Shown: positions 35,901-49,957 of the stretch, in pieces | Layout: every line of letters starts with the position of its first letter | Numbering within the stretch: position 1 is the first letter of the stretch | Source of the DNA: Oopsacas minuta | Taxonomy: Eukaryota > Animalia > Porifera | Reading direction: 5' to 3' | DNA length: 64,000 bases | NCBI GenBank assembly: GCA_024704765.1 | Contig: JAKMXF010000008.1 | Span: forward strand, 50,935 to 114,934 | The notes under the pieces: model-generated | Seen by the model: the letters and a program-made list of their open reading frames with translations, nothing else | What the model was told of the DNA's origin: nothing | Database searches by the model: none | Program-made: the position numbers and the translations under genes

Positions 35901-37034
35901 AATTAAGTAACAACTCTTGTTTGATCATGTGGAGCTATATCATGTAATTCTGGAATATTCATTACTTCAATAATACAAAAATTCTGTAACTTATGCAGGT
36001 CTGTGTCACATATACGGTTGGTATTTGAGTCTATGGATTATATCCTGTGCCTCTTTCGGATAGCCATTTACTGTAAATTTGATAATGTTTATGAAACTGG
36101 TAGAATAATTTAGTATCATTTGGATTCAACTGAGTATATATGTGCTGTGGATAGAAAGTATACACCAACACCTACTAGGTGGCCTGCTTTGTGAGAAATG
36201 CTTACATTCCTAAAAAATCCTTATTATTGAAAGAAGCCGTATATATGCAATCGCCTACCTCTTCCGCGGGAGATGAGCATCATCTTCCAAAAGCCAACAT
36301 CTTCGGTAATATATAAAACGAATAAAGAAATAATTATCAAATCCTAAATTCAGGAATTAAGTATTTGAATTATACGAATAACATTTGGATATGGTGTATT
36401 AAGGAAATTGGATCATGTACAACTGTAATATAGGTAGAGGAACAAATGAGTAAATTAAAGGAATATAGAAAATAATGAAAAGAAACATATTCTAACCCTT
36501 TCTCATGGAAAGAATTCCATTAGTTGATTAGGTGCTTTACCAGAGCAGTGTTAAAGGCCTGTAAAAAAAAGCCTTCTACTCAACAGTTAATAAATATATT
36601 TTGTCGTAGTTGAATTCACTGAGAATATAGTGAAATAGCGATAACAAAATTCATGAGACATGGCTTAGATGTCCGACAAACAGTGACCTAAAGGAAAATT
36701 GCGTCGAACAGTAGGATATTAGAGATTATTTATCATTTTTTATATGTCATCCTAGATATCGTAACTAAAATGACAAATCTTGTCTATAGAAAATTTTTCC
36801 AGTTTGTATTAGATCTAACTACATCATAGTTTAAAATCCTCTCAGGTTTACATGACTACTTGCTATTTCTGTGTAGAAACTTTGAGAGTAGAATTCGATA
36901 AGGAAACACGTTAATTTTTATATAATCATACCCATGGGCATATTCCATGTGTTTTTATAATAATTAACAGTTAAATAACCATTATACAAGTAAAAGTTAT
37001 TCCTTGAAAACGTTTATGAAATTATGACCCCTAA

Positions 37035-37113
37035 GTGAGGCGATTATTTAAAGGGGGCGAATATTCAAGGGAGACGATTATTCGAGTGCGGCTACTATTC
37101 AAGGAAATACAGC
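37035..37113 (-). mobile_element. isolated pogo/Tigger-like terminal segment
   Basis: Reverse complement reads GCTGTATTTCCTTGAATAGTAGCCGCACTCGAATAATCG with repeated GAATA motifs; partner end not found. Confidence 0.4.
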
Positions 37114-37289
37114 ATAAATGTTTCAACTTGAGAAACCTAGAAGTGTGTAGCCATAGCTAAATTGTACCTCACACGATAGAATCGTGAGATTTTGACGAAT
37201 TTTGAAGGTTTCCAGGGTGAGAGCCCTGTTATTTAATCATGAACACGAGTGAAATTTGTAAATTTGCACTATCATGCTAGAATCTCTAT

Positions 37290-37398
37290 AGATGTATCAA
37301 ATAAAATTCCTCATTAACAGAAAAATATTTTCAGATAGGCACTAGTGCTTAAGAATGACCCCTGAAAATAATGGTTGTTCCCAACCCTCTCCACTGTG
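37290..37398 (-). mobile_element. isolated Transib-like terminus
   Basis: Reverse complement begins CACAGTGG (37398-37391); no partner end or ORF linked. Confidence 0.3.
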
Positions 37399-40229
37399 AA
37401 GGTTTAAATCAAATCCTGATGGATCAAGTCATTTTGAATAACGTATGATAGTTCGTTGAGTTGAATTGTAGCATCAGTTTTATGTCCTATTTGTCCCGCA
37501 ACGCACAATTTTACTAACACGCTCTATACACAATCTGTTCTTCGTTGTGTATTCTTAATACAATATGACGATAAACCGTTAGTAAAATTTCTGAGCAATC
37601 TATCAGATGTTTTATTCACAAAGCAGTATTTTAAGAAAGATAGGACGAAAAAACCTCAGAATTTGATGTACAACCGCTTTGTTCCCAACGAGTCTCTCTG
37701 GAAATGTATAATTAAGCCTTTCAATTAACCTAAAATACCTCCATAATTTGTATATTATCGATTTGAAACAAGAATAACAATTGTTATGATCCTTTTCGGA
37801 AATTTCTCGAAAAAGCTTTTGCTTCATGATTTTATACACTCACTTATGAGTATGTAATCGTCAAATAGGAATTCATATACTATGGAGATTTGATTGGTGA
37901 TGTAGACATGTCTGAAACATATGTAGTCCAGGAGTGTTTGCGATTTTCACACAATCCCATTTATGGTAAATTGGTAATATTGATAATGACTCGTAATTGG
38001 ATATTATTAATACAAGTGTTATATTGTCGGATATGAAGTCGTATAAGAAATATATGCTTTGTTTTGGTTGCCTTATCCATGGACTTCTGAATTGCCCGAC
38101 AGTCAACTCGTGTAAACTCATATTGACCCTATACCAAATTAGTCCAGTGTGGTAAAATTCAAATCTCGAAAGGATTTGTTCTATTGGTATTACCATATAA
38201 TTCTTGAATATGAAGCTACGCAAGGGGATTTCATTGGTCATATTGACATACTTGAAATGTTTGTGATTTATAAAAATTTCCGAGCACGTTCCAGAGTTAT
38301 AATTGCAACCATGAATGCCACATTTTTGCTGATATTCACCAATATCTTGACAATTTTACGTAGGAAAATCATTAGTCGTAGGCGCGACATATAATCGATA
38401 CATAAATTTCGAAAATGATGATAAGAATTTCCATTCTTGTACCAAATCAAGAATATAGATTATTGAATTAATATAAAGACTCAGCTATAAATTTTTAAAA
38501 ATTGCATGTATATAGAAGGTGGTATTTAATTTGTGCTTTGCGGGACAGATAGTCCCATAACTCAGAATTGATAACACATCAACTCTACCAACTAACATAT
38601 GTTATTCAAGAGGACTCACCAGAATCTGACACAAACCTTTACTATGGTGAGAGCTGAGCATAACTACTCATGAAATTTTGTAAGAATATAGAACAATAAC
38701 AAAAAAGGTCAAGCCAACAGACTGGGAGTGCAGCACAGGATTATATGTTTGTGCTATGATTAATCATGCTGATACAGATTCGTAGATGTGAAATTTGAAA
38801 TCTACTTACACGATTACCCCTAACTAGCAGTTGAAACGAAATCTCTAGCATCATTTCAACAATATACAAAAAGGTGTGAAATAATATTAATCATATGAAA
38901 AATTTTGTATATATCTAAGTTGTATAATACGTATTTACGTTATACGTGATCTATTTTAACGAATTATAGGTCTAAGTTAACCTCGAAATATGAGATTTGA
39001 GATTCTTAGACTAGTATAAGTCATATGATGATCAAGTACGAGCGCGAATATTTGCTCGCGCTACGCGGTTAAGAACGCTTCTTGTCCGCACTCGGGGCTA
39101 CGACCCTCGAGTACATAAACGCATAATATTATCTGTAGAAAACATGATACTGCTATAATCTTTAAATCTGCTTACTTTATGCCCTCAAAAGTGAACAACA
39201 TAGGTGTCGTTGCAGGGGGAGGGAGACTGGGCCTATCTCGCACCAGGATTTGTTACCTGAAGTAGGGGTTTTCTTTAAAATGAGTTGATATAGATAAAAT
39301 TATAGTGCTCCGCTCCCCCAAGATTTTCATAAAAATTCTGAAGTTCTACACCTATGGTGAACAAATATTTATGAAATGTTGTTTACAATATCATATTCGG
39401 ACTCAGTATATTCGATTACTCCAGTATAATCGTTGAAAGTATGAATGTACAATGAATTCTAAATTTGTTTACGTTATATATATATAAAAACATCAATAAA
39501 TTTACATGTGACTATTCCAAAAGTGTGAAAATCGGATTCAGCATGTTCTTTATATTTAGTGAAGTTTTATTGAATTCAATTTACTTCCTTGTAAATACGA
39601 TAAATAGATAATATTGCGACAATTTCAAAATAGCATATCGGAAATTCTTTCCCTGCCAACTGACAAACAAACAGACAACAATTAAGATTAAATATTAGAG
39701 ACTATATAATTTGGTCAACTATGTTAAGATTTCTTATTAACAATTCGGGAACTACTGTTTTGATGCAAACTATTTATTGCAGAAATAAAGTTTATAGAAA
39801 TTAGGGCCACCAAAAATTGTAGATTGACCGCATAATGTGTTATTAAATATGTATTACACGTAATACATCTTCATAGAAAGAATTATTACACAAGATTTGA
39901 AATTGTGAGACTTGAAATTTATTTACTCGACTACACCTAACTAGTAGTTGAAACCAAATCCCTAGTATCATATTCAAGAATATGCAAAATTGTGTGAAAT
40001 ATGATTAAGCTGGGGAAAGGAAAATGGAGAGATCTTAATTATTATGTCTAATCAAAAGGCCTCGCTTACTACTTGGGAAAAACATACGTGAATTAGAAAG
40101 TCAATAGTTCCAACATTTAACTGATATCCAAATGTTTCCAATCCTATAGGGATCTACATATCTTACTCGTCACATGTAATTTCTCTGTTTGACCGGTTGT
40201 TAAAAGAATGTGTGCTAAATTTCCTGCAC

Positions 40230-41512
40230 CACAATTCTATTCATTAACACTCAAAATCAACCATTGACTGGATAACTCTGGATTTCATTCCTCTCCTGGG
40301 TTATTGTCAGACTTGAATATAGACCGATCGAATTATATTGTCTTCATGGTTTCACCTCTTCAGGTAATAGATTGATTGGAGAATCTACTGTAGAAAAATA
40401 GGCATCCTAACTCGTGGGTTCGAACCAACCAGTAGCACTTATTTTCCAAAAGGAGGATATTGACACAGTTATAGAATTGAGCAAGTTACTTAACCGTGAA
40501 ATTGTTTCACTTAATGAAAATGGATTTGATCACCTAAATGGCCATGTTAAATTAGAAATCAAAGCTTCAATGTGTGCCGGAAACATCTTAGTAACGATGA
40601 CAGGTAAAGGAGTAGTGCCATGTATTACCTGCAGCAACCCGAAATGATATAAATAGTATTACGAAAGTTGTTTGCATGTTTCCTTTGGATTGATCAATAG
40701 AGGGTATCACAGAAACAATCCGTCAGTTAACCTCTGATTAAAAAGAGCTGATGAGCTACAATACAAAGCAACGCTGTGGGATTACACCTCCAAGTGGCAT
40801 TGATGTATTTCCTGCAGCACCTTTACATCATTATCTAAGGATTTTAGATTGGCCCTTGAACCTCATCTACCGAGTTGCAGCAGGAAAGTCCAAGCGTACT
40901 GAGAATCAAATTGTGCGAGATTATCGAGGTTTGGTATGCAAGCGTATCCATGAGCTTACGAACTTATTATTCGCAAGAACATTTTCGTATCAAAACCGTG
41001 TTTTAGGATCGCTTTATCGTTTCTACCAAATGTTTATAGAGAATCTCTAACAAAGATTCACAGGAATTTCTCTGCATTACTGAGAGTTGCTACTATTAGT
41101 GAAGTGTCGATGTACACACATTTCGTGTAGTAAATCAAGAAACCAACTGACTGATCTCGCCAACCTTTCCCTAGGTATCTATTAGCAATACGCTCCACAA
41201 ATTTTTGGCTCATACCTATCTGTTTATTGAGAGAAATGACATAGTAGGATTGTGTAGTCTTTCTGAAGTAGGTTAGAACAAGGACATAAGTTGAACCGAG
41301 AGTTCTCAACACATTTGAGCAGGAAATCAGATTTTCTAAGTGGGTTAAGTGATGTTGCAATGAAGCTCTACATCTATGGTTGTACAATTCTGGATGAAAA
41401 ATTCAGAAAGATCATCATTTGTTCCACCTCTTGTCAAGTAGGCCATCAAAAGAATTATGTAAAAAACAGGCAAGCAGAAAATGTGACAGATAATATTGTC
41501 AAAATTCCATAG
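40230..41512 (+). pseudogene. Transib (RAG1-core-like) transposase relic, catalytic region
   Basis: Fragments NQPVALIFQKED, ASMCAGNILVTMTGKG...CITC, APLHHYLRILDW.LNLIYR, LSDVAMKL...ARK-like; collinear with the 46345-49686 element. Confidence 0.7.
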
Positions 41513-41849
41513 ATGAATTCTCCTTGTATTAAACAATAATTTATCAATAAGATACTCGTATGTTAGTTATTCTTCAGTTACCATAGTATATTCTTATATT
41601 CAATTATATTCGAATAAAACTAAGTTAAGTGAATACCTAGATTTCTGTATTACTGTATATGGTAATTAAGATTACGTCATTTATTGAAGTTGATATGTTA
41701 AGAATGTTAATTTTCTGGTGAAACTATGTTACTGAGGGTTGGTATCGATTCTTCTTTATAGATTTTCCAAGCGATTATAGCGATGCCTTTAAATCAATTT
41801 GTCCTACAGCTACAATATTCAAGAGGATAGCAACGTAGCGAATAACAGA

Positions 41850-42890
41850 AATATTTTCAAGTTGTGCTAACTGACGGATGGCAGTAAGTATCACAGTCTG
41901 ATCAAACCTGATCTATTTAGAATGAACTTGAATGTCATCAATCGACTTTTTCTCTCTACATTCGGAACCAATATATCACCGCTTTCCACATTACAGCCTG
42001 AATAAGAAAGATATGATTGGGTGCTCTTAGGTTTAACAGGGATCCATGAAATACTTGCACTCCACCACTCACCATCTAAGTTCTCAATAGATTTCTTACT
42101 CTTTTTTGACATTAGATGATATTTTAGAAATTAGAGAGTATAAAGAATGTCTCTTGCCTTCCTCGGGATTTAGCAAACGCACCACTTCATCTGCTGCTTG
42201 ATTGATATCATAGTCGTGAGCCTTCAATATGATAGCCAAGTCAAGACGTGTTTACGGGCTTTCAGATAATATTGTTGCTTCAGCCATTTTTAAATTGATA
42301 AGTAGAGGTTCAATAGGTTATCAAGTTAATGAACTTGTACGTTTCCTCGTAATATACAACATATATACAAAATATTATGCGTCATATTGCTGAAATATCA
42401 GCATGTTGTTACATTATATTGTACCATTAGCAAAGTAGATGTGAAAATGGAGTTTGACAAAATTTAATATGTTGTGCAATGAAGCAGCATTTGTACTTTT
42501 AATATAATGTTTATATACTTGACAAGAATTTTACTAATAATTCATGGTGGAAACTAGTAGAAACAAATTTTGTTGCCAACAGGATGGCTTATGGCCGAGA
42601 GAAATTTCTACTAACTTTTCACAGCATAGTACCCGTATTATCTGATTAACCTTTTCGTTCCTGAAGTTCAGTGCAATTCAGCGCACTCACTTTACTTGGA
42701 AAGCTTGAATAATATAGAATACAGCAATGAAGTCCTACATTTGATTGGCCACAAAAATAGAAATACTGAAATATTTCATCTGATACTTTACAAATTGCTC
42801 AATGAATATATCTAGAATCTAACTCATAATTCAAAATGGTATAAATTGAAGGTGAGAATTTGGGCCAATGCACCCTAGCAGCCCACTGTG
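41850..42890 (-). mobile_element. Transib 5' fragment (terminus plus N-terminal coding region)
   Basis: Minus-strand CACAGTGGG terminus at 42890; ATG at 42287 gives MAEATILSESP*TRLDLAIILKAH...SKKSIENLDGEWW, homologous to MAEPIIPMTCPESRLDLAGILKAN...SKKSLESLHG.WW of the 46345 element. Confidence 0.72.
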
Positions 42891-45524
42891 TAACACAGGA
42901 ATATGTCCACATTCCGTTCATACCTACCACTTTTAAAATAAACTATTCAAAATTTCCTTGCATTTGCTTATTATTCTCATCTTTGCTCCTGGATGTATCC
43001 AGTTATCTGATTACCAATAGTCGTTGATTAAAATTTTGACTACAGAATTCTGACAAATGCCTACATCAGTTTGGCAAATGCATATAGCTTGTATAACAAA
43101 TGGATACACCTTGTGACAAATGAATACTATAGAAATTCTGATAAATGCATGTGGCTCAATAAATTCCAAGAGTTTGGTATATAATCTTTAAGTGCTATTT
43201 GATAAGTTAATCAATATATTATATACTTAGGTCCAAATTGTAAATGTGAGGTTCTAGAATTATCACATAATACAATACAACTATTAACCGATTACTTACT
43301 ATTTGAGACACTGTACCCACAAGTAAGTCCTAATCGAAGACCTTGACAAAATGGTGATTGTTACATATATATATTTGTCACGTGTGTCTATTCGAATAGA
43401 TATATAATTTCCAACAAAAATAACATCTCTGAAAAAATGTTTTGAGAATAAATTCTCATTTATGACGTCATAGATATTTCAACTTCAAAGTTGATGACGT
43501 CACCTCAAAATCGCCATATCTCGGATTATTATGAACAATGAATCGCTAGCTTTTTCCAGGGATACATAGATTCGTGCTATATAATATATAACGTGTGCCA
43601 CCTAATATAGTGCCTTGGGTTAGGTTCAGAAAATGGACCAGGGATATGTCACCAGATCAGGTAATAAAAGGGTAACTAAATAATTCAAAAGCAAAATGTT
43701 TGTGCTCGAAGAAATGTATTGCATGTTTGTAAAACAACAAATTATCGAGCATATAACATTCGAGAATATACAGAAAATGGCAAAAGATGTGTTTAGTAAA
43801 CATTGATTAAGTAAAATTACATTCTTTGAAACGTAACATTGGGTTTATTGCATCCTTTATTTCAAAATCAATATACAGTATATACATAAACTATATGTAT
43901 ATAAGATTAATATATTGTACCAAGAATAAAAATTCGTATAGCGAAACTGGTAAAAGAATATTGAAACTAGAGAAAGAAACTAATCCAAACTATATAAGGG
44001 ATTGAAATATGCAAATATTGTACAGCGAATCTGTATAAGTAGTACAATAAAAATTTGTCTCTAGATAAGTAGAACATTAGAACCTTATAATAATGTAATT
44101 ATTGCGAATCTAATCAAGTTAGACCAAAATGATTGTAAATCACTGTTTCCAAACTCGGATCGGCCATAGCTACACTTGGATAAAATATGTATCATGCCCA
44201 TTTCAAAATCAATTGGCCTGTTCACATTTGGTTAGGATAGAGAGGATGACCAATTGGGGTCAAATTGATCAATAAACGATGGAATTATCTCTGGTGACAG
44301 GTTGGTAAAGCTATGTCACCATTGCTTGGTAGACTCTTTATTACATCGTAATTGTGTCAGAATACACTCCTTGTATGCATCAGTGAACACAGTAATAACA
44401 CAAAAACTTTGCCCAAACTTTTGTTGCTATCCATCAATTATTATTGCAACGAATAAGGATTGTCCAACATTGTATCATCAGATAACCAACCATTGACGGA
44501 AGTTTATAATGAATAATTACAAAGAGACAAGGCATATGGGTTAATAAAAAAGTCACTACATACATAAAAACAGGGAATAGAAATATATAGGCAATAATAT
44601 AATAAGTGAGCTATAGCTGGTCGTGCCGCTGTGTATCTATCTAAACAAGTGAGAGTGACTCGAAATAGCAAGGGTTCATGCTGTGTGGACCAAGGAAAAT
44701 AATTTTTTAAGATAACCTTGTTATCACACTTAGAGATGTAGCCGAGTAAACAGATATAAGTATGTGTTGTTGCAGAGTTACTTCCTTAGCATTCCACAAA
44801 TTGTTTGGATGAGATGAAATTGAAGGAGTCAAGGTAGGGTTGGTGAGATCATCTGGTGAATAAAGTGACTGACGTACTATGATGGCAAGCCTACCACGTG
44901 CATTCCGATTTTTGCTAATCTTCATTGAATTCAAGATAGTGATTTTGCATAGGGCGGATAATGTTGGTGGTCTATTCAGTTCCTGCTGGACAGTATGCTT
45001 AAATAATCTCAGGGGTAGTTGGCCAGGCAGAGAAAGCCCAATACATTGTTCGAGGAGTGAGTAGAGGTGATGATTCTGATAAATCTCTTCTCTAAGTGTG
45101 CATGGACTATCGCTACATCGAATAACTGCAGAGGCTTTCTGACTTTGGCTCGTGCTATTAATGTGCCCTTTAGATTTTAAAGTTCCTTACTGGTAACCTG
45201 ATGTGATATTTTATGCTGCTGGTCTACAATATACTTCCAAGTGGAGTGGTTAGAATAATTGGAGTCATTTGATAAACATATATCTGTTTAGAGCTATACA
45301 TACATTGCATATGTAGCATTATATATGTACATACATCATGGCTGTATATAAAGATGTGATCTGCGAATGCGAAAGGGTGTTGTAGTGATTGTGTTGATGA
45401 GGAACACAATAATGAAGAGAAGCACAAAACCCCTCAATTTATAGATTTTACATTTGAAAGAAAATGTGTAAGCAGACAGTCAGTTGAAAGCATTAACCCA
45501 GGTATTCTATTTAGAAGGAACTAT

Positions 45525-45682
45525 GGGACCGTTCATACGTTTGCGTAATGCTTCCAAGGGGGTGGTGCAACTACAGCATGACAGTGCCATCCTTTTGTAC
45601 TACAAATGGCCTAAGCCTGACACAGGGGGAGTGAGTGGTAATTTTCGGGAAATTTGCGTTAATGTAACGTTTGAAAGGCCCC
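45525..45682. mobile_element. small MITE with GGG-starting imperfect TIRs
   Basis: GGGACCGTTCATACGTT versus GGGGCCTTTCAAACGTT (reverse complement); a related terminus GGGGGTCATTCATAAGTTTCATAACGCTTCC occurs near 16358. Confidence 0.4.
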
Positions 45683-46344
45683 AATGAAGTATAAACTACA
45701 CACTGTAATAGACATAATTTGAAGGAACCAGAGTATAAACTATCTCCTTGCTATCAAACTATACCGAAATATTCGGCCTCAAAGGACCCATCATAAAACC
45801 ATGTAAACTGTAAAGCACACATCCCTTGTATTTCACATCTCAACCATGCACTTCTAAGAAACAGGGCAGGCAAATCAGAGGAAAATATTGGAGATTGCGT
45901 GGCCGAGTGGTATAAGTGATTGGTAGGTAGCAACCCCAGTAATCCAGAGACAGGGGCGTAGACTCGAGGTGTGGATTGGTAGGGCCATGAAATTACTCTC
46001 TATTAGTCCGCATGGTGAGCGTAAAATTATTGGTAGGGAAATGGCGCATTTGACCTCACCAAGCCTACTGTTGCCTACTCGTATGAGGGGTTATTGTGGT
46101 TGCTGATAGTAGCCCAGGGGTTTCAGCTACCCTTAGTAACCCACTAACTTCGCCTACGCTTACATATACACTTCAGGAAAACAATTGAAAATGCAATAAT
46201 TTCGAGAAATATCTTCAGGAAACAGCGACTAGGGGGGGTTGGTAGTCATGGTAGTGTAGATATATTGAAAAAAGAAAAATTTGTGTGTATAATTTAGCAG
46301 TCAACATGATAGTAAATGTTCAATCCTTCAATTATTCAATACAT

Positions 46345-49300
46345 CACAGTGGCTTAGTAGTAGAGAATTAAGAAATTTTTATAGTAATGCTTTCATTCCT
46401 TTATGGTTTCATTGTGTTTCTAAACATTCAAGTAGCATCCATTCCAATTTTCGAATCATTTGGTAGCCAATAGTTATGTAAATTTGAATCAAAACTTTGT
46501 GGTTTTTGATGCTGAAATTATCGTTTCGGAGAATTCAAAATATAAAAGATTTTCACAAAGATTCCGATTCTTTATAGAATATACTAGCGATCTATTGTTT
46601 CATCTATTCTAGACAATTTTGCATGCTGAGTTCTAATTTTGTATCAGATATATTCTAAACTGTGTACTTTTCATGCGAAGGATTAATGTACCCAGGGCAA
46701 AAAATGAATCCCATTTTTCCATCGATAAAATTTTGAAAGTGTCTGAAAAAATGTCAAGGAACGTCAAGGCGAAAATAATACCAGTTGTTATTTACAATTT
46801 ATGCTATGTTATATGAAGATGACAGGCCCCAAACAATGCGCACTTTGATTTTTTGGTCACATTCTATTGTCTGTAATCTTTGCTATGGAAATTCCTAAAG
46901 TGATATCTGTAACTAGGTAATTGAATACCCGTCTAATCCTAATTTTTCTTGGAAATTACTGCACAAAATTAAACATATATACGTGTACTTATGTTTTCAA
47001 TCATACACCTTTATTTTCTCATGGATAGTTTATCCGGGATCAATGGCTGAACCAATTATTCCGATGACTTGCCCCGAATCCCGTCTCGATTTAGCGGGAA
47101 TCCTGAAAGCAAATGGCAATTGCATTCAAACAACTCTCTGTTATCTTAGCGACCTCCATGGATTAGACGATGCCAAGCAGGCTAAACTTGAATTGATTCT
47201 ACGTAGAATGCGAGATATGATTAGAACTTCAAAAAAATCACTTGAATCTTTGCATGGGAGATTGGTGGCATTCTGAAATTTGCTCAGAATTACTTATAGC
47301 TTCACAAGCTCCACAAAAACTAAGTCGGTGCGCCAAAGAAAGAACTTACCAATCTTTCATTGCAACATCAGCGTTCCTGGATCTCTAGTGTCCTTGAGTC
47401 TATCAGGTCCATCTCCGTAATCAAAAAAACTTCTGAAATTACAATTGCAGCTCTTGCTTTGCAATTATTGTGCAATAAAGAAGACAATCAAGAAGTTGCA
47501 AGGGTATCTAAATCAATTGTGCAGGTGAAATTCTCTGATCAATTCAGGCGTGCATCTAAAAGCAAAGAATTGGATGTGGACAAGGCATTATTTCTTTTGG
47601 ATCTACTAGAGATTGGCAAGAGGAAGTATACTCTACTACGACGACTTTTGTTATCTAATGAAATTCACTTTCCTACATATCAGAGGGTGGCCGATCATAG
47701 AAATAATTTAGTACTACGAAGTATGATTCAACTATACCCGAATGCTACAGCCCCAGTTGGTGTGTGTGTGCCATACGCTCAATTTGTCCACCATACATTT
47801 TGTAGAATTATGTCCACTCTACCGTCCCCTTCAAATGAGGATTTTCTTCTCCGATTTCAGATTGCTGATGGCTTAGATGGATTTGGAAAGCATACCTTAT
47901 ATAATCAACCAAATACGAATACGTCTACCAAATCGTTCATCCTATTTTGCTTCAAAGCAATACACATTGTCAATTCTAGTGGAAAGGAACTTTGGAAAAA
48001 CAACTGCCCGAATTCTCCATTCTCCCAATGTCCAATTTCCTTCTTGCTGCCACAGAAAATCATGACAATATTCATCGATTTATGAAAGATATCATCAATC
48101 CCGAAACAGATCAAATGAAGGACCAAGGTTTCTATTTTGCCGATGATAAACATATATTTGTCAATGTTGTGCGGTCAATGCTTGATGGCAAAATGGCAAG
48201 TATTGTCTCAGGAACAGGAGGTGCGAGTTGTCAACTATGTACTGCAACGCAGAAAGAACTCAAAGATCGTGATTTAATTTTGCAAGGCTATCCCATCAAT
48301 AGAAACATTTCAGACGCAATTCAATTATTTGGAGAACTGGAAGACATTGATGCTTTCTTTTCATTACCAACAAATCAAAGATTTAACCTGACTCACCAAC
48401 CATTGTAAACAATAGATGTTTTACCTGCTTCTCCCTTACATTCCTATACGTGCATTATTAGATGGTTTAATTTACTTGTGTACCACCTGAATTGTAACAA
48501 GCTCACATGGTCAGCGTCATCAAAAGAAATTAAGGACTCTATGATGGATGTGCGAACCATAGTTCAAGAAGTAACAAGTCTAAGAATTGGCCAACCAGAC
48601 CCCAAAGGAGGTACTACTTCCACTGGTGGTGTGGCTCGAAGAGCTTTTTAAAATGACTCCAAGTTTATTGAATGCGCAATGTCTTTGGTTAAGATTGATC
48701 ATAGAGACTCACTCTGTAAATTGCACACACAATTATCTGTCATTCTGAGAATAATAAATTCAGACAGAAAAATTTGGTAACCTTTGTACAGACACCTATC
48801 TCCTTATTCTTCAATCCTTTCCCAGGGTGAACATTACACCGACTTTACATAAATTACTAGTCCATTCTGAAGAAATACTGAGAGAGATGAACTTTGGGTA
48901 TGGATTGAAGTGCTTTAGCAAAGGATCCGAAGCCTGCAACAAATTAATCAGGAAATATAGGGAACATCTAGCAAGGAAAACTTCCTTCGAGGATAATGTC
49001 ATTGATATATTTGTCAGGCTCTCATCTGAAAGCGATCCTGTGTTAATGAAATATCGATCGACAGTGGTGTGCGAAAAGTGCGGAGAACACGTCATACCCG
49101 AAGAGCTAAGTGCTGTAGAGGCAATGCAACAGATTTATTAGAATCATCTATTGATAATATCATCAACGGCCTTATTATTGATACGATATTGTAACAATGT
49201 AGTTTGCTGAACGTTAGTGGATAAATAATACAATAAAACATCGCTTAATATAAGTGCTTATTGTTTTTATTCAGAAATTGTTAGAATTGATATATATATG

Positions 49301-49686
49301 TATTAGCAAAAAAGATATGAATAATAACTAAAAACACATTTAGAAGTATGAAGTACAAAAGCAGAATTGTGTATGACGTCATTTTATAAAAATTATGAGT
49401 AATTTTGAAATTCTAACAGTTGTAATTGCTTACATGGATATGATATACTATACCCAAATAATACAATTTATAGGGCTAACATTGTTATACAATCAGATAT
49501 TAAAGAAAAACAAAATTCAGCATAAAGCTATGACGTCAGAACATGATATATAGAAACCTTATAAAAATTTTGAATGCACCAAATGATTCCTAGCATAGGA
49601 TAACCTATATGCTGAAAATACATTATATATGTCTATTTCAAATGAAAATACCCATTCTTTACTAACTCCCATTTTAAGCCACTGTG
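46345..49686 (+). mobile_element. Transib DNA transposon, full length
   Basis: Both ends CACAGTGGCTTA; perfect 5-bp TSD TACAT (46340-46344 and 49687-49691). Confidence 0.95.
47043..49141 (+). pseudogene. Transib transposase (RAG1-core homolog) pseudogene
   Basis: ADGLDGFGKH (first D), RSMLDGKMAS (second D), SCQLC, SPLHSY, TPTLHKLLVH, KGSEACNKLIRKYREHLARK (E), C-terminal CEKC; several frameshifts and stops. Confidence 0.9.
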
Positions 49687-49957
49687 TACATGTTGAAATA
49701 TCTTTACTTACAAACCCTAAATTTTACCCATGCTAACCTCATTGAAACATATTCATTATTCAGTTTGTACATTCACTTATCACACATGCAAGATACAATT
49801 ACAATCGACACAATTATGACAATAAGTAATTAGCAGAGTCTTTATTAGAATATACGTAAGTTGATGTATCAATGCAATAAGGTACACATTTATGTCCTGA
49901 AGTAAAAACTAAAATTTTCTTTATGACTCATGGAATTAATGGAAGCAGTATATACCA

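Noticed and set aside
38788-40010. ~100-bp direct repeats (38788-38890 and 39902-40010) as LTRs
   Set aside because: Only about 75% identical, no TG...CA ends or PBS, and a similar sequence recurs near 63240; a dispersed repeat.
45895-46160. tRNA gene or SINE (A box TGGCCGAGTGG at 45900)
   Set aside because: No B box or cloverleaf; at most a decayed SINE.
46345-49686. ProtoRAG/RAG1-RAG2 transposon
   Set aside because: No nonamer at 12/23-bp spacing and no RAG2-like kelch ORF on either strand; simple Transib.
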